Assembly (NCBI GenBank): GCA_043228905.1
Contig: JBHGNT010000013.1
Location: forward strand, 6,448,001-6,512,000
DNA: 64,000 nucleotides
DNA from: Azolla caroliniana
Taxonomy: Eukaryota > Plantae > Polypodiophyta
Direction of reading: 5' to 3'
The position numbers were made by a program, and so were the translations under genes. The notes beneath the pieces were generated by a model that saw nothing but the letters and a program-made list of their open reading frames with translations, had not been told where the DNA came from and did not search any database. This document shows positions 61,363 to 64,000 of this stretch, piece after piece (within the stretch, counting starts at the first letter, position 1; each line of letters starts with the position of its first letter).

Positions 61363-64000
61363 TGTTGGAGAGGAACGATGGAGGCGGACGAGCTGCTGTT
61401 TTACCTGCAGAGAAATGCCGAACAACACACACACACAGAGAAAAATACAAAAAACAACTTTTTGGGGGCACACATAAACCCTCGTTTCTATTACTTTTAT
61501 ACATATGCACTAATAGTAAGAAATTACATTTTTGGCCTTTTCTCACTATCAATCTCCCACTAAAGGCCAAACAAGGGATCAGCAAAGCTGATGGGAATAT
61601 TGAACAAGACCTACACATCCTACCTGATGAGTATGTTACACAATATACAAAAACAATGTGTAACCTCATGACCTAAGTAATTCCCATCAAGTGGCAGCAA
61701 TGCTCTAGTGCTTCATGCGGTAGAGCTTTGGTCAATGCATCTGCGGCATTTTCTTGAGAGACAACTTTCTCAAGACTAATGTAGCCAGCAGCTATGCATT
61801 CTCGAATGAAGTGATATCTCACTCCAATGTGCTTGGGCTTTGCATGGTATACTAGGGTTTTAACCAATGTAATGGCACTCTAACTATCACAAAACAGTAT
61901 GGGTACAAGCTTAGATATGCCCATGTCACAAGCTAATTTGGACAACCATACAACTTCCTTACATGCTTCGCTAGCTGCAACATACTCTGCTTTTGTAGTG
62001 GACAGAGCAATACATTTTTGGAGACGAGATCTCCAAGATATGGCACCTCCCATAAACTGAAAAATGTATCCTAAAGTGGATTTTCTGCTGTCAGAACAAC
62101 CAGCATAATCAGAGTCTGTATATCCAATGATGGATACATTTCCACCACCTAAACATAGACACATATTCTTAGTGCCACGCGGATATCTTAATATCAGTTT
62201 AACTGCCTCCTAATGTTTATTACCAGGATTTGACATAAATCTGCTCACAGCTCCCACTACGAAAGCAATGTCTGGCCTGGTCACTATCATGGCGTACATA
62301 AGACTCCCAACTGCGGATTGATGACGAACCTTGGACATAAATTTATTGTCCTCATCAGATGTGGGGCAATCACATGTGCTCTGTTTTACATATGTAGGCA
62401 AAGGAGTGCTCAACGGGTTTGCATTCTCCATATTAAACCTCTTGAGCACTTTCGATATGTACTCAACTTGAGACAAGTAAATACATCATCGCTTACTCCT
62501 ATCACGAGTGATACGCATACCAAGAATATGTTTTGCATCTCCCAAATCCTTCATGTCAAAATTCTGGCCCAAGTTTTTCTTTAACGAGGATAACTCATCC
62601 TTGTTTTTACCAACAATAAGCATGTCATCAACATATAATATCAATGTGATAAAACTCCCATTTGAACAGTTTTTTGTATAAAGACATGCATCCTCATTGC
62701 TTCTAATATATCCTTGAGTTTTCATAAAAGCATCGAATTTCCGGTACCATAACCTCGGGGACTGCTTAAGCCCATACAAACTCTTCTTGAGTTTACATAC
62801 CAAATGTTCTTTTCCCGATACTTCATGACCTTCTGGTTGTTCCATATAAATATCCTCATCAAGGTCCCCATGTAAGAAGGCAGTCTTCACATTCATTTGG
62901 ACTAATTCCAAATTCTGATTTGCAGCCAATGAAAGTAACATACATAATGTAGTCATCTTAACTACAGGAGAGAAGGTTTCATCAAAATCAAATCCGTGTT
63001 CTTGCTTGAAACCTTTGGCAACCAAGCGTGCTTTGTACTTTGGGGAAACACTATCAGATGTATATTTGTACTTATATACCCACTTGCATGGCAATGCGTT
63101 CTTGTCCTTTGGCAAAGGCACTAAATCCCAAGTCCCATTCTTATGGATACTGTGCAACTCATTTTGCATGGCTTGTTTCCATTTAGCATGGTCATGAACA
63201 GATATGGCTTCATTGTAACATGAAGGCTCACCGACATCTGTTTCGGGTTTAGGGTTTAGGGTTTAGGATTACATAATCAACAAACTTACTAGGTGCCTTG
63301 GAGACACGCGTAGATCTCCTCAATGATTCTTGAACCTGAATACCATCAGGTTGTGCATGAGAAACATCATTCTGAGCATAATCATTCTGAGCATATTCTT
63401 GCTAAAAAACATAATTTTGCACATCATTGTGCTGAGCATCATCATTTTGGGCATCTTTATCCTGACCAATAACAATTTTTTGTGACTGCCCACATGTAGA
63501 AGCATCTACATCAGTAAGATTTTTCTGTTTTACATCAACAAAAGGCGTAATATCTTTAAATGCAACCTTTCTCACTTCTACCTCCTTTATGGATTGTTTA
63601 TGCATTTTGTTCTCATAAAAAACAACATCACTACTTTTGACCATAGTATGTGTGTCAAGATCCCATAAGCGATATCCAAACTGCCCATCAATTCCGTAAC
63701 CAAGGAATATACATTTTCTGCATTTATAATCTAATTTCTTTCTTAAAGTTTTTGGAATGTGTACATATGCTTCGTATCCAAAGACTCTAAGATGAGCATA
63801 ATGAGGTGTCTTGCATGTCCACAACTCTTGTGCCACTTTTAGACCTATGGCTGTGTTTGGTGATAGATTTATCACATGGACTGTTGTTAAAACAACTTCT
63901 GCCCAAAAACCTTGCGAGAGGTTTGCATGGTGTAGCATAGAGACAACTCTGTCCTGGATGGTTCTATTCATCCTCTTAGCCACACCATTTTGGACAGGAG
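61363..64000 (-). mobile_element. Ty1/Copia element C (Tnt1/Tork-like): integrase, RT, RNase H, PPT and short 3' LTR (61363-61551); continues past the window end
   Basis: ORFs FWAEVVLT..INLSP, YKARLVAKGF, LYVDD, GYTDSDYAG, KHIGVRYHF. Reverse PPT atctccc 61552-58. LTR tgttgg...tatca. Confidence 0.92.
63241..63268 (+). repeat. Interstitial plant telomeric repeat, 4 units of TTTAGGG (2 imperfect), inside Copia C pol
   Basis: tttcggg tttaggg tttaggg tttagga. Confidence 0.9.

Overview
Nuclear DNA of a land plant; the retroelement types and microsatellite-rich LTRs suggest a fern or other non-seed plant, which is inference. A small gene island (about 15.8-29.3 kb) holds a 7-exon EEP/DNase-I-like gene with a U12 AT-AC intron, a convergent 2-exon coiled-coil gene, a cold-shock-domain pseudogene and two hAT-type non-autonomous elements. 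It is flanked by deep nests of decayed LTR retrotransposons: three copies of one Copia family, three other Copia elements, a tRNA-Trp-primed Gypsy with a DHG protease motif, and two related Athila-like elements. Also present are a decayed 18S rDNA fragment and a 698-bp LTR-derived tandem array. The most unusual object is the Athila-like family. The more complete copy has gag and protease but no visible RT, RNase H or integrase. The family carries a giant 3' accessory ORF (about 1350 codons when reconstructed: PMD-like N-terminus, Pro-rich linkers, coiled coil, unknown C-terminal domains) behind a candidate intron holding an array of 33-bp hairpins with a compensatory stem change. All coordinates were read by eye and no database searches were run.
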